Shown here piece after piece: positions 38,922-49,309 of a DNA stretch of 61,390 nucleotides. The notes under the pieces are model-generated. The model searched no databases, was not told the DNA's origin, and saw nothing but the letters and a program-made list of their open reading frames with translations. A program made the translations under genes and the position numbers. Within the stretch, counting starts at the first letter, position 1; each line of letters opens with the position of its first letter. Location of the stretch: sequence record DRR723986_8121. One strand, 5' to 3'.

Positions 38922-40655
38922 ATGAAAATCAAGTTTTTAATTTTTATAATCTGTGTTTCATGCTCTTTTGCATTTGTGAATGCACAAGAACGTACAAAGG
39001 ATACCATAGACGATCAGGTTGTTAATGTAGTAAAACCTTACACTCCAACAATCTCTGATGCTTTTAAAATAAAAGATACACCAAAGTTGAACGATTCTAA
39101 CACTGTTAAAAAGAAAGCAGTTAAGTACAATATTTTTTCTATTCCTGTGGCATCCACGTTTACACCAGCAAAGGGAAAAGCGGCTAAAGTAGACAAAGCT
39201 AAAGCAGTAAAATTATACGATAATTACGCCTCTTTAGGAGCAGGAACTTACACTACGATTCTAGGCGAGGTTTATTTGAATCATGAATTAAGCAGTACCG
39301 AGAATGTTGGCGGCTATTTTAGCCATCATTCATCAGCAGGTGGTATAGAAGACATTGTTTTAGACGATAATTTTTCTAAGACAAGTCTTAATGCACATTA
39401 CTCTCAAAAGTTAAGAGATTTTTCGTGGAAAATTGATGCAGGTTTCGAATTGCAATCTTACAATTGGTATGGATTACCTAATGATTTTTACACAGACTCA
39501 GACATTGATGCTATTGATCCTGGCCACACTTTTAATAGTTTTAATATTGGTGGTAAATTAAATTTTGATGATGCCATTGTTAATGACGGAAGTGTTAGAT
39601 TTAGACGATTTGGAGATAATCAAGATTCTGGTGAAAATAGATTTATAGCAAAAACAAGTTTTGATATACCAATCCAAGATCAAGACTTAAGTACAGAATT
39701 TTACATCGATTACATAGGTGGTAGTTTTGACAAATCATTTAATTCTAATGAAGAACTAAAATATGGGAATGTAACCTTTGGGTTGGCTCCATCATATCAA
39801 TTAAAACAAGATGATCTCACAGTAGATTTAGGTTTAAAATTAGTTTATCTAAACGATACCGAGTTTGACGAGAACAAATTTTTTATCTACCCAAATATCG
39901 AGGCAACGTATAGATTAGTTGATGAAATAGTTATTGCCTATGGTGGTGTAAAAGGCGGTTTAATACAAAATTCTTATTACGATTTTGCAAACGAAAACCC
40001 ATTTGTTGCTCCATTTTTATTTATTGCACCCACAGATCAACGCTATAATGGCTTTATTGGTCTTAAGGGTAAACTATCTAATAATGTAAGCTATAATATA
40101 AAAGGAAATTATTATGCTGAACAAAATAAAGCACTCTATAAAGCAAATGCGATTAGTACGGATATTGTAGACTTAGAAGATTATGAATACGGTAATTCAT
40201 TTGGTATTGTTTACGATGATGTAACGACCTTTTCAGTTGCAGGCGAATTAAATATAGATGTAAATAGAAATTTTACATTAGGAATAAAAGGAGAGTATTT
40301 TAACTATAGTATGGATGAGCAAGAAGAAGCATGGAATTTGCCAGATGTAACAGGGTCTATTTTTATGGATTTTCAAATATCAGAACAATGGTATGCTGGT
40401 GCAAGTGCATTCTTTGTTGGTGAGAGAAAGGATGAGCAAGATGTTACAGGAACATTGGTTTTTGTAGAACCAGTATCAGTTACCTTAGATAGTTATTTTG
40501 ATGTTAATGCACATTTAGGTTATAAAATAAATGATCAGTTATCAGTTTTTGGTAAAGTGAATAACTTACTTAACCAAGATTATCAGAGGTATATGAATTT
40601 TCCTGTACAAGGCATACAGGTTTTAGCTGGTGCAACTTATCAGTTTGATTTTTGA
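38922..40655 (+). CDS. Outer-membrane beta-barrel protein (TonB-dependent receptor-like C-terminus)
   Basis: Signal peptide, amphipathic beta strands, NNLLNQDY motif, terminal YQFDF BAM signal. Confidence 0.8.
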   Translation: MKIKFLIFIICVSCSFAFVNAQERTKDTIDDQVVNVVKPYTPTISDAFKIKDTPKLNDSNTVKKKAVKYNIFSIPVASTFTPAKGKAAKVDKAKAVKLYDNYASLGAGTYTTILGEVYLNHELSSTENVGGYFSHHSSAGGIEDIVLDDNFSKTSLNAHYSQKLRDFSWKIDAGFELQSYNWYGLPNDFYTDSDIDAIDPGHTFNSFNIGGKLNFDDAIVNDGSVRFRRFGDNQDSGENRFIAKTSFDIPIQDQDLSTEFYIDYIGGSFDKSFNSNEELKYGNVTFGLAPSYQLKQDDLTVDLGLKLVYLNDTEFDENKFFIYPNIEATYRLVDEIVIAYGGVKGGLIQNSYYDFANENPFVAPFLFIAPTDQRYNGFIGLKGKLSNNVSYNIKGNYYAEQNKALYKANAISTDIVDLEDYEYGNSFGIVYDDVTTFSVAGELNIDVNRNFTLGIKGEYFNYSMDEQEEAWNLPDVTGSIFMDFQISEQWYAGASAFFVGERKDEQDVTGTLVFVEPVSVTLDSYFDVNAHLGYKINDQLSVFGKVNNLLNQDYQRYMNFPVQGIQVLAGATYQFDF

Positions 40656-40686
40656 TACCTTAGATCAAACTGCGCTAGTTTAAAAT

Positions 40687-41397
40687 CTAATTTTTGTTAA
40701 GTGAAAGTCTCGCTAAATAATCATAGTGGTCTCCATCCGTAATTTTTTCGCAATGTAAACCAACGGCTTGGCAAGCGATATTTAAAGTGTTAAAATCTAA
40801 GTATAGCCATTTCATCGGTATTTCTTCTTCGTCTTTGTAGCCTAGATAATAATCAAGTTCTCCATAATAACCAGAGTTTATGTCTAACCACATTCCTCCA
40901 TCTTCATCCTTATACATGTAAGAGATGTCAGAAGAATCCAAAAGGATTTGACCATTAGGTTTAAGTATGGATTTTAGGTGCGTAAGGTATTTTGATACCT
41001 GTGATATTTCTTGAAAAATTCCGGTGCCATTCATTAATAACAAAACAGTATCAAATTGCTCTGTTTCTAACAATACGTTTTTATGTTCTGCGTTTAGTAT
41101 ACCACGTTGCTTTGTGACTTCTATTGCGCCAGGAGAAATATCTACTGCTTTAACTTTAAATCCCTTGTTTTGTAACCATAAGGCATGCGAACCTGCTCCA
41201 CAACCAACATCTAATATGTTACCTTTAGATAGTTGAAGGGCTTGTTGCTCTAATCTTGGCATGTTTTTGTACGCTCTAAATAAATAAGGAATAGGTAAAA
41301 CATCTTTGTCCGAAATATTAGTCCAGGTAATAATGTCTTCAGAATAACTTCCATTTAAGTAATCGAGTAATGCTTTTCCGAAGAGGTCTTTAGACAT
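40687..41397 (-). CDS. Class I SAM-dependent methyltransferase
   Basis: ILDVGCGAG motif I; VDISP. Confidence 0.9.
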   Translation of the reverse strand: MSKDLFGKALLDYLNGSYSEDIITWTNISDKDVLPIPYLFRAYKNMPRLEQQALQLSKGNILDVGCGAGSHALWLQNKGFKVKAVDISPGAIEVTKQRGILNAEHKNVLLETEQFDTVLLLMNGTGIFQEISQVSKYLTHLKSILKPNGQILLDSSDISYMYKDEDGGMWLDINSGYYGELDYYLGYKDEEEIPMKWLYLDFNTLNIACQAVGLHCEKITDGDHYDYLARLSLNKN

Positions 41398-41461
41398 AAG
41401 TTTTTAGTTATCAGTATTTTTTTATCTCAATAGTATCAAGAACTTTAATTAAATTTGTTTT

Positions 41462-41953
41462 ATGCAGGACCAAATCAATAAACTTCCTAAACGCGCCAAA
41501 GATAAGCATAAGGAGAATAAATCGTTTTTTGCTAAGCTCAAAAAGAAACCTCCAAAGCAGTTAGACTATTTCATGCAAGAATTACATGAGGAGGAATTTA
41601 AACGTACAGACTGCTTAGAATGTGCAAATTGCTGCAAAACCACTGGACCACTTTTTACAGATAAAGACATTCAACGTATATCAAAGCATTTCAAAATGAA
41701 AGCGCAACAATTTATTGAGACCTTTTTAAGGTTAGATGAAGAAAATGATTATGTCTTGCAATCGGTTCCGTGTACGTTTTTAGGTGCAGATAATTATTGT
41801 TCTATTTATGAGGTGAGACCAAAAGCATGTAGAGAATTTCCTCATACAGACCGTAAAAAATTTCAACAAATATCTAACTTAACTTTAAAGAATGTAACTA
41901 TTTGTCCTGCAGCATATAATATTGTTGAAGAAATGAAAAAAAGAATAACTTAG
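41462..41953 (+). CDS. YkgJ-family cysteine cluster protein
   Basis: CLECANCC, CTFL and CSIYEVRPKACREFP motifs. Confidence 0.9.
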   Translation: MQDQINKLPKRAKDKHKENKSFFAKLKKKPPKQLDYFMQELHEEEFKRTDCLECANCCKTTGPLFTDKDIQRISKHFKMKAQQFIETFLRLDEENDYVLQSVPCTFLGADNYCSIYEVRPKACREFPHTDRKKFQQISNLTLKNVTICPAAYNIVEEMKKRIT

Positions 41954-41988
41954 GAATAATTTTTGATGATTAAAATCATAAAAATCTC

Positions 41989-42888
41989 ATGAAAAAGATA
42001 ATTATACAGACCATTTTTCTATTCTTTATAGTTCAAGTGAGTCACTCTCAAGAATGGATGAAATCACTAGATATTGCAAAGAAATTAGCTCTGGTTCAGA
42101 ATAAAATGATTCTTATGGTTTGGGAAGAAACAACACAATACCAATATCCTGTATTTGTTAATGATGATGAAGGTAACTCTATTTACATAAGAGACTTATT
42201 TACCAATGAGAAACTCAGTCCGTTGATTTGGGAAAACTTTGTTCCGGTAATTGTAAATGAATATGAATATGCCGATCTCTTTAATGCTGTAAAGGGTAAA
42301 CGGAAACAGAGTTATATAGACAAACTAAATGATGATGGCATTAAAATAATGGATGCCCATGGAAATATTATTAATGTATCAATGTCACCTTTTGATTTTA
42401 TAAATATTACTAAACTCATAGAAAAATATTCACTTAACACCAGTTATGTTTCTGCAGAATTAATAAATTATAAGGAAGACAAGAATTTTTATTCAGCCTA
42501 TTATTTGGCTTCGAAGTATCTGGACTTTGCATTATATACAAACAAAAAAATAAGACCAGAAATTATTGATCTTTCAAATATTTATCTTAAAGAAGCAAAG
42601 GTATTTATTGCTAATGAAAAGGAAGAGGACAAAGAAGTTCTTGCACAAAGATGCGAACTATTAAAAATTCAGGAAGATTTAATTTTAAAACGACCAAAAC
42701 GCGTTTTGCGCCAATTAAAGAAAATGGATGCTGAGACAATCACTAACAATAACAAATCATTAATAGCATTTCTCTATTTTACTGCTCATAAGATTTTAAA
42801 AAATGAAAATGAAGCCGAAGAGTGGAGCTCAAAAGTTTCTTTAGTAAATTTGAGAATATCTAATCTAATTATTAATCTTAATTCTTAA
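41989..42888 (+). CDS. Exported hypothetical protein (thioredoxin-like N-terminus lacking CxxC)
   Basis: Signal peptide; W..SLDIAKKLA..NKMIL segment. Confidence 0.7.
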   Translation: MKKIIIQTIFLFFIVQVSHSQEWMKSLDIAKKLALVQNKMILMVWEETTQYQYPVFVNDDEGNSIYIRDLFTNEKLSPLIWENFVPVIVNEYEYADLFNAVKGKRKQSYIDKLNDDGIKIMDAHGNIINVSMSPFDFINITKLIEKYSLNTSYVSAELINYKEDKNFYSAYYLASKYLDFALYTNKKIRPEIIDLSNIYLKEAKVFIANEKEEDKEVLAQRCELLKIQEDLILKRPKRVLRQLKKMDAETITNNNKSLIAFLYFTAHKILKNENEAEEWSSKVSLVNLRISNLIINLNS

Positions 42889-42893
42889 GACGT

Positions 42894-43736
42894 TTGGAAA
42901 CTATAATTAATTATTTTGAGACAATACCATCTTCTCATAGAAGTCTTATTTTAGTTGGAGGATTAACATTTTTTTGTTTGCTTGAAAGCGGTATTCCTTT
43001 GTTTAAATTCAATTACAAAAAATGGAAACATGCTATTCCTAATTTGTTTTTTACCCTTACTACAATTGTTATAAACTTTGGTCTGGCATGGTTATTATTA
43101 GGTAGTGCTGATTGGGTTATAGAGAATGAATTCGGAATTTTAAATTGGTTACCAACCATGCCCTTATGGTTATACGCGCTTTTGGGAGTATTATTACTAG
43201 ATTTTTTTGGCGCGTATCTGGCACATTATGTAGAGCACAAGGTAAAACCACTTTGGATGGTTCATTTAGTGCACCATACAGATCATAAAGTCGATACAAC
43301 TACGGCAAACAGGCACCATCCTATAGAAAGTGTAATTAGATTTACATTTACATTAATAGGTGTATTTGTGGTTGGTACTCCAATAGCGTTAATTATGTTA
43401 TATCAAGCCATGTCTCTCATTTTTACACAATTTACTCATGCTAATATAAAAATGCCTAAAGGATTAGATAGAGCTTTAAGTTATGTTATTGTTTCGCCAG
43501 ATATGCACAAAACACACCATCATTACAGATTGCCGTATACAGACTCTAACTATGGTAATATATTTAGTGTATGGGATAGAATTTTTGGTACCTATATGTA
43601 CCTAGATCGCGAAAAACTTGTTTATGGTGTTGACGTTTTTCCAGATGAGGTAAAAAACAGTAACATTAAAGATTTATTGAAACAACCTTTTCAAAAATAT
43701 GAAAAGCCTACCCTCTCGGCAGATATGGAGAAATAG
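42894..43736 (+). CDS. Sterol desaturase / fatty acid hydroxylase family protein
   Basis: His boxes HYVEH, HLVHH and HKTHH; NYG motif. Confidence 0.9.
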   Translation: METIINYFETIPSSHRSLILVGGLTFFCLLESGIPLFKFNYKKWKHAIPNLFFTLTTIVINFGLAWLLLGSADWVIENEFGILNWLPTMPLWLYALLGVLLLDFFGAYLAHYVEHKVKPLWMVHLVHHTDHKVDTTTANRHHPIESVIRFTFTLIGVFVVGTPIALIMLYQAMSLIFTQFTHANIKMPKGLDRALSYVIVSPDMHKTHHHYRLPYTDSNYGNIFSVWDRIFGTYMYLDREKLVYGVDVFPDEVKNSNIKDLLKQPFQKYEKPTLSADMEK

Positions 43737-43753
43737 TATTGTCATTTGTCTTT

Positions 43754-44581
43754 ATGAGCGACAAAGTTAAATTACAAATTGATATTCAGGGTCATAGAGG
43801 GTGCAGAGGTTTGTATCCAGAAAATTCCTTACCAGTATTTAAGAAAGCTATTGAACTTGGTGTAAATACCATAGAAATAGATATCGCAATAACAAAAGAT
43901 AAAGAGGTTGTAATATCTCATGAACCTTTTATGAGTAGAACCATTTGCAGTAATCCTTTTGGGCATAAAATACCTGAAGCGATGGATATGAAATATAACC
44001 TTTATCAAATGACACATCAGGAAATTAAGAAATTTGATTGTGGTTCTAAAATGCATCCATCATTTCCGGTTCAGCTAAAATTAGAAACCTATAAACCACT
44101 ATTGTCTGAGTTATTTGAATTGGTAAAAATGATGGCTTCGAATGTTAGAATTAATATTGAGATTAAGTCTAAATCAGCTTATTATGGCATATTCACACCA
44201 TACCCAAATGAGTATGTTCATATTATTTTAGAAGAAATAAATGAACGTAATATGTTTTCTAGGGTAAATCTTCAATCTTTTGATTTAGAAATTCTGGAAG
44301 AGATAAAAAAGCAAGCTCCAAGTATGAAAGTAGCATTGCTCATAGATGAAGATGAGGTTATTGAAATGAAGTTGCGTCAACTTTCATATAGACCAGAAAT
44401 TATAAGTCCATATTATAAGCTTTTAGATACATCTATAGTAAATGAATATCAATCTAAAAATCATCTTGTTATTCCTTGGACAGTTAATACTAAAAAAGAC
44501 ATGCTAAAAATGCTACAATGGCATGTAGATGGTATTATTACAGACTACCCAGACCAATTGATAGAATTGGTTTCAAATTAG
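43754..44581 (+). CDS. Glycerophosphodiester phosphodiesterase (ORF open from 43739)
   Basis: GHRG..PENS, EID, NIEIK, WTVN and DGIITDYP motifs. Confidence 0.92.
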   Translation: MSDKVKLQIDIQGHRGCRGLYPENSLPVFKKAIELGVNTIEIDIAITKDKEVVISHEPFMSRTICSNPFGHKIPEAMDMKYNLYQMTHQEIKKFDCGSKMHPSFPVQLKLETYKPLLSELFELVKMMASNVRINIEIKSKSAYYGIFTPYPNEYVHIILEEINERNMFSRVNLQSFDLEILEEIKKQAPSMKVALLIDEDEVIEMKLRQLSYRPEIISPYYKLLDTSIVNEYQSKNHLVIPWTVNTKKDMLKMLQWHVDGIITDYPDQLIELVSN

Positions 44582-44744
44582 GTTTAGACACTAATACATT
44601 AGGATAATTGTGCATTTCCTCCATAAAAAATGTATTTGATGGACTAAATTCCTTTTTACAAGTGAAACCAATTATGTTTGACTCGGATTAATTAATTGCT
44701 GTTAGGCTTAAACACAACATTGTTTAACTTAATGGTTTTTTTAT

Positions 44745-45182
44745 TTGAAAAATTTAATCCGAATTTGTTTAGTAATCATACTTCTTTTATTGTTAGGTCT
44801 ATCACTTAACGCCCAAGAATCCTATGCCAAAATAGATAAGAATAGAAATATTCAAGCAGAAGGATTATTTCATGATTTAAATAAAACCAAAGACACTTTA
44901 ATTTTAAAAAGTGAAAAGAAAATCAGTTACCTATATTCCATTAATAAAAATTATGGACGGGAATTTGATTTTTACGTAGATACTACATCTTATAAGTTAC
45001 CATTAAATAAACTATCAGTTGGCAAGCATGTTTTAGTAGCTGTACAATCACCAAAAAGAATCGTTTTTGTAATTCATATACTTAAAGAAATTCCGAAGGA
45101 AAAACCTATTGAAATCCAAGTGGAAAAGCCTGTGGTTGCTGAAGTGACTAAGATTGCCTTAAATGAAAACGAAGAGCGATAG
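44745..45182 (+). CDS. Exported hypothetical protein
   Basis: TTG start, signal peptide (LNA-Q), 145 aa. Confidence 0.65.
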   Translation: MKNLIRICLVIILLLLLGLSLNAQESYAKIDKNRNIQAEGLFHDLNKTKDTLILKSEKKISYLYSINKNYGREFDFYVDTTSYKLPLNKLSVGKHVLVAVQSPKRIVFVIHILKEIPKEKPIEIQVEKPVVAEVTKIALNENEER

Positions 45183-46454
45183 TTACTTGTAAATTAAATA
45201 TTTAGCTCTGATTTTTTTGAAGTTATTCAAATCTTCGGCCCAACTATTTCTTATCTCATTTTCGCTTAATCCAGCTTCAATTTGTTGCTGCAATTTTTCA
45301 GTTCCGGCATGTGTTGTAAAATTATACGTATTAAAGATTTTACTCTCGTCTGAGGCATTAGTATATGCGTCTATTATATATTGCAGAGTAAAACGTCGTT
45401 CGGCATTTATTTGAGATAGATCAACTCCATAGCAAATCTCATTTTTGTGCTTAGGATATTTAGATCCAAAGTTCGGTTTAGGAGTATAAGTAAAGGTGTA
45501 ATATGTCTCATCCAAAAATGGAGCACCATAACGCTGAAATTGAAACTCTGTTCCACGACCTGCATTAATGTTGGTGCCTTCAAACAAACCTAGACTAGGA
45601 TATAAAACTATAGATTGATCGTTTGGTAAATTAGGTGAAGGTCTTATAGGTAAACTATAGCTCGTGTCGTGTGTGTAGTTCTCTAATTCTATAATGGTAA
45701 TATCACATTTCACAGCATTATTTAGCCATCCTTCACCATTAATCATTTTAGCATATTCACCAATGGTCATACCATGAACTAAAGGAATTGGGTGCATACC
45801 TAAAAAGCTACTATGTGCTTTTTCCAGCACAGGACCGTCCACATAATTACCATTTGGATTTGGACGATCTAAAATGAGTAAGGGCACATTATTTTCTGCA
45901 CAAGCCTCCATAACATAATGCAGTGTAGAAATATATGTGTAAAAACGAACACCAACATCTTGAATATCAAACACTAAATAGTCTAAGTCCTCCAATTGTT
46001 CATTAGTTGGCTTTTTGTGCTTTCCATGAAGCGAAAATATAGGTAACTGCGTTCTTGTGTCAATACCATCTTTAACATGTTTACCTGCATCTGCAGTACC
46101 TCTAAACCCATGCTCTGGTGAAAATACTTTTTTAATATTAATGCCATATTTTAAAAGTGAATCTACAAGATGAATATATAAATTTGCTGAATCAATATAA
46201 GATGAATTAACGGGTACGGTATTTACAACACTTGTTTGATTTCCCACTATTCCAACTCGTTTGCCTTTTAGTAGTGGTATGTATTTTTCTGTTTGATTAG
46301 CGCCAACAACGATAGATTTATCTTCTAGATTTTCTATTTGTATTTCTTTTCTTTCTGATAAGTCAGTTTTGGTTTTAGAACCACAAGAAATTGCTAGTAA
46401 AACAATCGCAATAGTTATTGGGAAAAACGTATTTTTGAATACCTTAAAACGCAT
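45183..46454 (-). CDS. namZ: Exo-beta-N-acetylmuramidase NamZ (DUF1343), lipoprotein
   Basis: SPEHGFRG, FDIQDVGVRFYTY, LDRPNP, PSPNLP and GRGT motifs; lipobox-like AISC. Confidence 0.85.
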   Translation of the reverse strand: MRFKVFKNTFFPITIAIVLLAISCGSKTKTDLSERKEIQIENLEDKSIVVGANQTEKYIPLLKGKRVGIVGNQTSVVNTVPVNSSYIDSANLYIHLVDSLLKYGINIKKVFSPEHGFRGTADAGKHVKDGIDTRTQLPIFSLHGKHKKPTNEQLEDLDYLVFDIQDVGVRFYTYISTLHYVMEACAENNVPLLILDRPNPNGNYVDGPVLEKAHSSFLGMHPIPLVHGMTIGEYAKMINGEGWLNNAVKCDITIIELENYTHDTSYSLPIRPSPNLPNDQSIVLYPSLGLFEGTNINAGRGTEFQFQRYGAPFLDETYYTFTYTPKPNFGSKYPKHKNEICYGVDLSQINAERRFTLQYIIDAYTNASDESKIFNTYNFTTHAGTEKLQQQIEAGLSENEIRNSWAEDLNNFKKIRAKYLIYK

Positions 46455-46462
46455 ATATAGGT

Positions 46463-47704
46463 TTGAATTTTGAGCTCTTTATAGCTAAACGTATTATTAG
46501 TAATAAAACGTATAAAAGTAGTGTTTCGGCACCAATTATTAAAATTGGTATTGCGGCAATTGCTATTGGTATTGTGGTAATGCTTATTGCAATTGCCACA
46601 GGTCTTGGGCTGCAACAAAAAATTAGAGATAAAGTTGTTGCTTTTAATGGTCATATAGAAATCACAAATTACGATACAAATGCCTCAGATGAATCTCAGG
46701 TACCAATTACCATTAATCAAGAGTTTTATCCAAATTTTGATACAGTAGATGGTGTTAAACACGTTCAAGGTGTAGCCACAAAGTTTGCAGTTATAAGAAC
46801 AGAAACTGATTTTGAAGGAGTAGTGGTAAAGGGTGTCGGTAATGATTTTAATTGGGATTATTTCAAAGAGTTTTTAATTGAAGGTGGTTTACCAGATTTT
46901 AGCAAAGGGCGTAATGAGGAAATTCTAATATCAAGTTATTTGGCGAATCGGTTGGGCTTTAATTTAGGTGATAAATTTCAAGCATTGTTTTTAGATCAAG
47001 AAGCCTCTCTTAATAGTAGACCAAGACAAATGGCATTTACTATTATAGGTATTTATAATTCAGGTTTCCAAGAGTTAGATGAAAAATTTTGCATTGCCGA
47101 TTTGAGACACATCCAACGTCTAAATAAGTGGAGCAAAGATCAGGTTGGCAGTTTTGAAGTTTTTATTGATGATTTCACCGAATTAGAGACGACATACAAT
47201 CAAGTTTACAAGGAAATTCCGTCATTGTTAAATGCAACACCGATAAATCAGAAATACTATACTGTTTTTGAATGGATAAAAATTTTTGATAATAATACTT
47301 ATGGTATAATTGCAATAATGATCATTGTTGCTGGTATTAATATGATTACTGCACTATTAGTTTTAATATTAGAACGAACGACTATGATAGGTATATTAAA
47401 GGCACTAGGAAGTTCTAATTGGAGCATTAGAAAGGTATTTTTATTTAATGCGTCATATTTAGTTGGCTTAGGTTTATTATGGGGAAATATCATAGGCTTA
47501 GGACTATTGTTTGCCCAAAAATATTTTAAGTTATTTCCACTTAATCCAGACACTTATTATGTAAGTGAAGCACCAGTTTATTTGAGTTTAGACTATATTC
47601 TTTTGCTTAATTTAGGAACCTTTTTAGCCTGCTTATTAATGCTCCTAATTCCATCGGTTATTATTTCAAAAATATCTCCAGTAAAGGCGATTAGATTTGA
47701 TTGA
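46463..47704 (+). CDS. LolC/E-type ABC transporter permease
   Basis: FIAKR N-terminus, ERTTMIGILKALG motif, C-terminal PVKAIRFD. Confidence 0.88.
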   Translation: MNFELFIAKRIISNKTYKSSVSAPIIKIGIAAIAIGIVVMLIAIATGLGLQQKIRDKVVAFNGHIEITNYDTNASDESQVPITINQEFYPNFDTVDGVKHVQGVATKFAVIRTETDFEGVVVKGVGNDFNWDYFKEFLIEGGLPDFSKGRNEEILISSYLANRLGFNLGDKFQALFLDQEASLNSRPRQMAFTIIGIYNSGFQELDEKFCIADLRHIQRLNKWSKDQVGSFEVFIDDFTELETTYNQVYKEIPSLLNATPINQKYYTVFEWIKIFDNNTYGIIAIMIIVAGINMITALLVLILERTTMIGILKALGSSNWSIRKVFLFNASYLVGLGLLWGNIIGLGLLFAQKYFKLFPLNPDTYYVSEAPVYLSLDYILLLNLGTFLACLLMLLIPSVIISKISPVKAIRFD

Positions 47705-47752
47705 TGGATTAAAATCAATTCAGATTAAATTTTCAATACCATAGAATTGCTG

Positions 47753-47760
47753 TAAATTTG
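47753..47760 (+). promoter_or_regulatory. -7 promoter element
   Basis: TAAATTTG 17 nt upstream of the ATG. Confidence 0.55.
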
Positions 47761-47777
47761 CAGCGCAAATAAAAACT

Positions 47778-48758
47778 ATGGACTACGCAGAAAATATATT
47801 AGGTACAATTGGTAATACGCCACTAGTAAAAATGAACAAGATGGTAGAAGATTTACCATGCCTTGTACTTGCAAAATACGAAACGTTTAATCCAGGCAAT
47901 TCGGTTAAAGATCGCATGGCTTTGCAAATGATTGAAGATGCAGAAGCCGATGGTAGATTAAAACCTGGTGGAATAATTATAGAAGGCACCTCTGGGAATA
48001 CAGGTATGGGATTAGCGTTGGCTGCTATTGTTAAGGGTTACAAATGTATTTTCGTAATTAGCGATAAACAATCAAAAGAGAAAATGGATATTCTACGTGC
48101 TGTAGGTGCAGAAGTAGTTGTTTGTCCAACAGACGTGGAACCAGATGATCCTAGAAGTTACTATTCTGTGTCTAAACGATTAGGTGAAGAAACTCCAAAT
48201 TCTTGGTATGTTAACCAATATGATAATCCTAGTAATTGTAAAGCGCATTTTAAAACCACAGGGCCAGAAATATGGGAGCAAACCGATGGTAAAGTAACTC
48301 ACTTTGTTGTTGGTGTTGGAACTGGTGGTACAATTTCTGGAGTGGGTAGTTATTTAAAGATGAAAAATCCAAACGTTAAGGTTTGGGGAGTTGATACCTA
48401 TGGTTCTGTTTTTAAGAAGTATCATGAGACTGGAATTTTTGACGAAAATGAAATATATCCTTATGTTACCGAAGGAATAGGAGAGGACATTCTGCCAGCT
48501 AATGTTAATTTTAAAATTATTGATGGTTTTACTAAAGTAACTGATAAAGATGCTGCAGTATACACGCAGAAATTAGCAAAGGAAGAAGGTATGTTTTTAG
48601 GTAATTCAGCTGGTGCGGCAATTAAAGGCGTATTACAATTAAAAGAACATTTTAAGCCAGATGATGTTGTGGTGGTACTGTTTCATGATCATGGAAGTAG
48701 ATACGTAGGTAAAATGTTTAATGACGATTGGATGCGTGAAATGGGTTATATAGATTAG
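47778..48758 (+). CDS. PLP-dependent cysteine synthase / cystathionine beta-synthase family protein
   Basis: IGNTPLV, NPGNSVKDR, TSGNTG, GTGGT and EGIG motifs. Confidence 0.9.
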   Translation: MDYAENILGTIGNTPLVKMNKMVEDLPCLVLAKYETFNPGNSVKDRMALQMIEDAEADGRLKPGGIIIEGTSGNTGMGLALAAIVKGYKCIFVISDKQSKEKMDILRAVGAEVVVCPTDVEPDDPRSYYSVSKRLGEETPNSWYVNQYDNPSNCKAHFKTTGPEIWEQTDGKVTHFVVGVGTGGTISGVGSYLKMKNPNVKVWGVDTYGSVFKKYHETGIFDENEIYPYVTEGIGEDILPANVNFKIIDGFTKVTDKDAAVYTQKLAKEEGMFLGNSAGAAIKGVLQLKEHFKPDDVVVVLFHDHGSRYVGKMFNDDWMREMGYID

Positions 48759-48780
48759 AAATGTTTAATATAAATTGCAT

Positions 48781-48811
48781 AAAAAATCCTGAGATGTCTC
48801 AGAATTTTTTT
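48781..48811. terminator. Bidirectional terminator between convergent genes
   Basis: AAAAAATCCTGAGA-TG-TCTCAGAATTTTTTT. Confidence 0.75.
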
Positions 48812-48832
48812 ATGAGTTCTGAAAAATAAATA

Positions 48833-49246
48833 TTAAAACTCATCAATAGTTTTTACCCATTGATCCATTATTTCATCACCATTCTCTAACGTGATGAATA
48901 ACTGTAAAGTTATACCATTTAGATAGAAACGATATGTGGTTTCATTATCATTATCTGCAGTGAAAGTTATAGTGGCAAATTCGGTATCTAAACCAAAAGT
49001 ACCATTCTCGCCTTCAGCTGTGATTAATTCATATTTACCTCTATAATTACTTAGGCTATTATCATCTGTGATATTTAGAACCTCTTCATCAATAGCTAAT
49101 GGAGTTTCATTATTCAATAATCTGTTCTGTAAGGTCCAAGTTCCAATAAGTGGATCAATTCCAGAAACATTAATGTCTGCATCATCACTAGTATCACAAC
49201 TGCTAATAGTTGTACAAACAAATAAAAGTAAAAGTAGTTTTTTCAT
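48833..49246 (-). CDS. Lipocalin-like lipoprotein
   Basis: Lipobox-like ISSC followed by acidic DTSDD; LIGTW motif. Confidence 0.72.
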   Translation of the reverse strand: MKKLLLLLFVCTTISSCDTSDDADINVSGIDPLIGTWTLQNRLLNNETPLAIDEEVLNITDDNSLSNYRGKYELITAEGENGTFGLDTEFATITFTADNDNETTYRFYLNGITLQLFITLENGDEIMDQWVKTIDEF

Positions 49247-49309
49247 TGCCCTTAATTTTTTATTAAAATTATATAAAAGGCTTTAATTAAGCAAGTTATT
49301 TAACATGGG

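Noticed and set aside
47778..48758. Possible truncation of the cysteine synthase/CBS gene (no CBS regulatory domains)
   Set aside because: The catalytic fold is complete, and the clean stop is followed by a terminator with no downstream remnant
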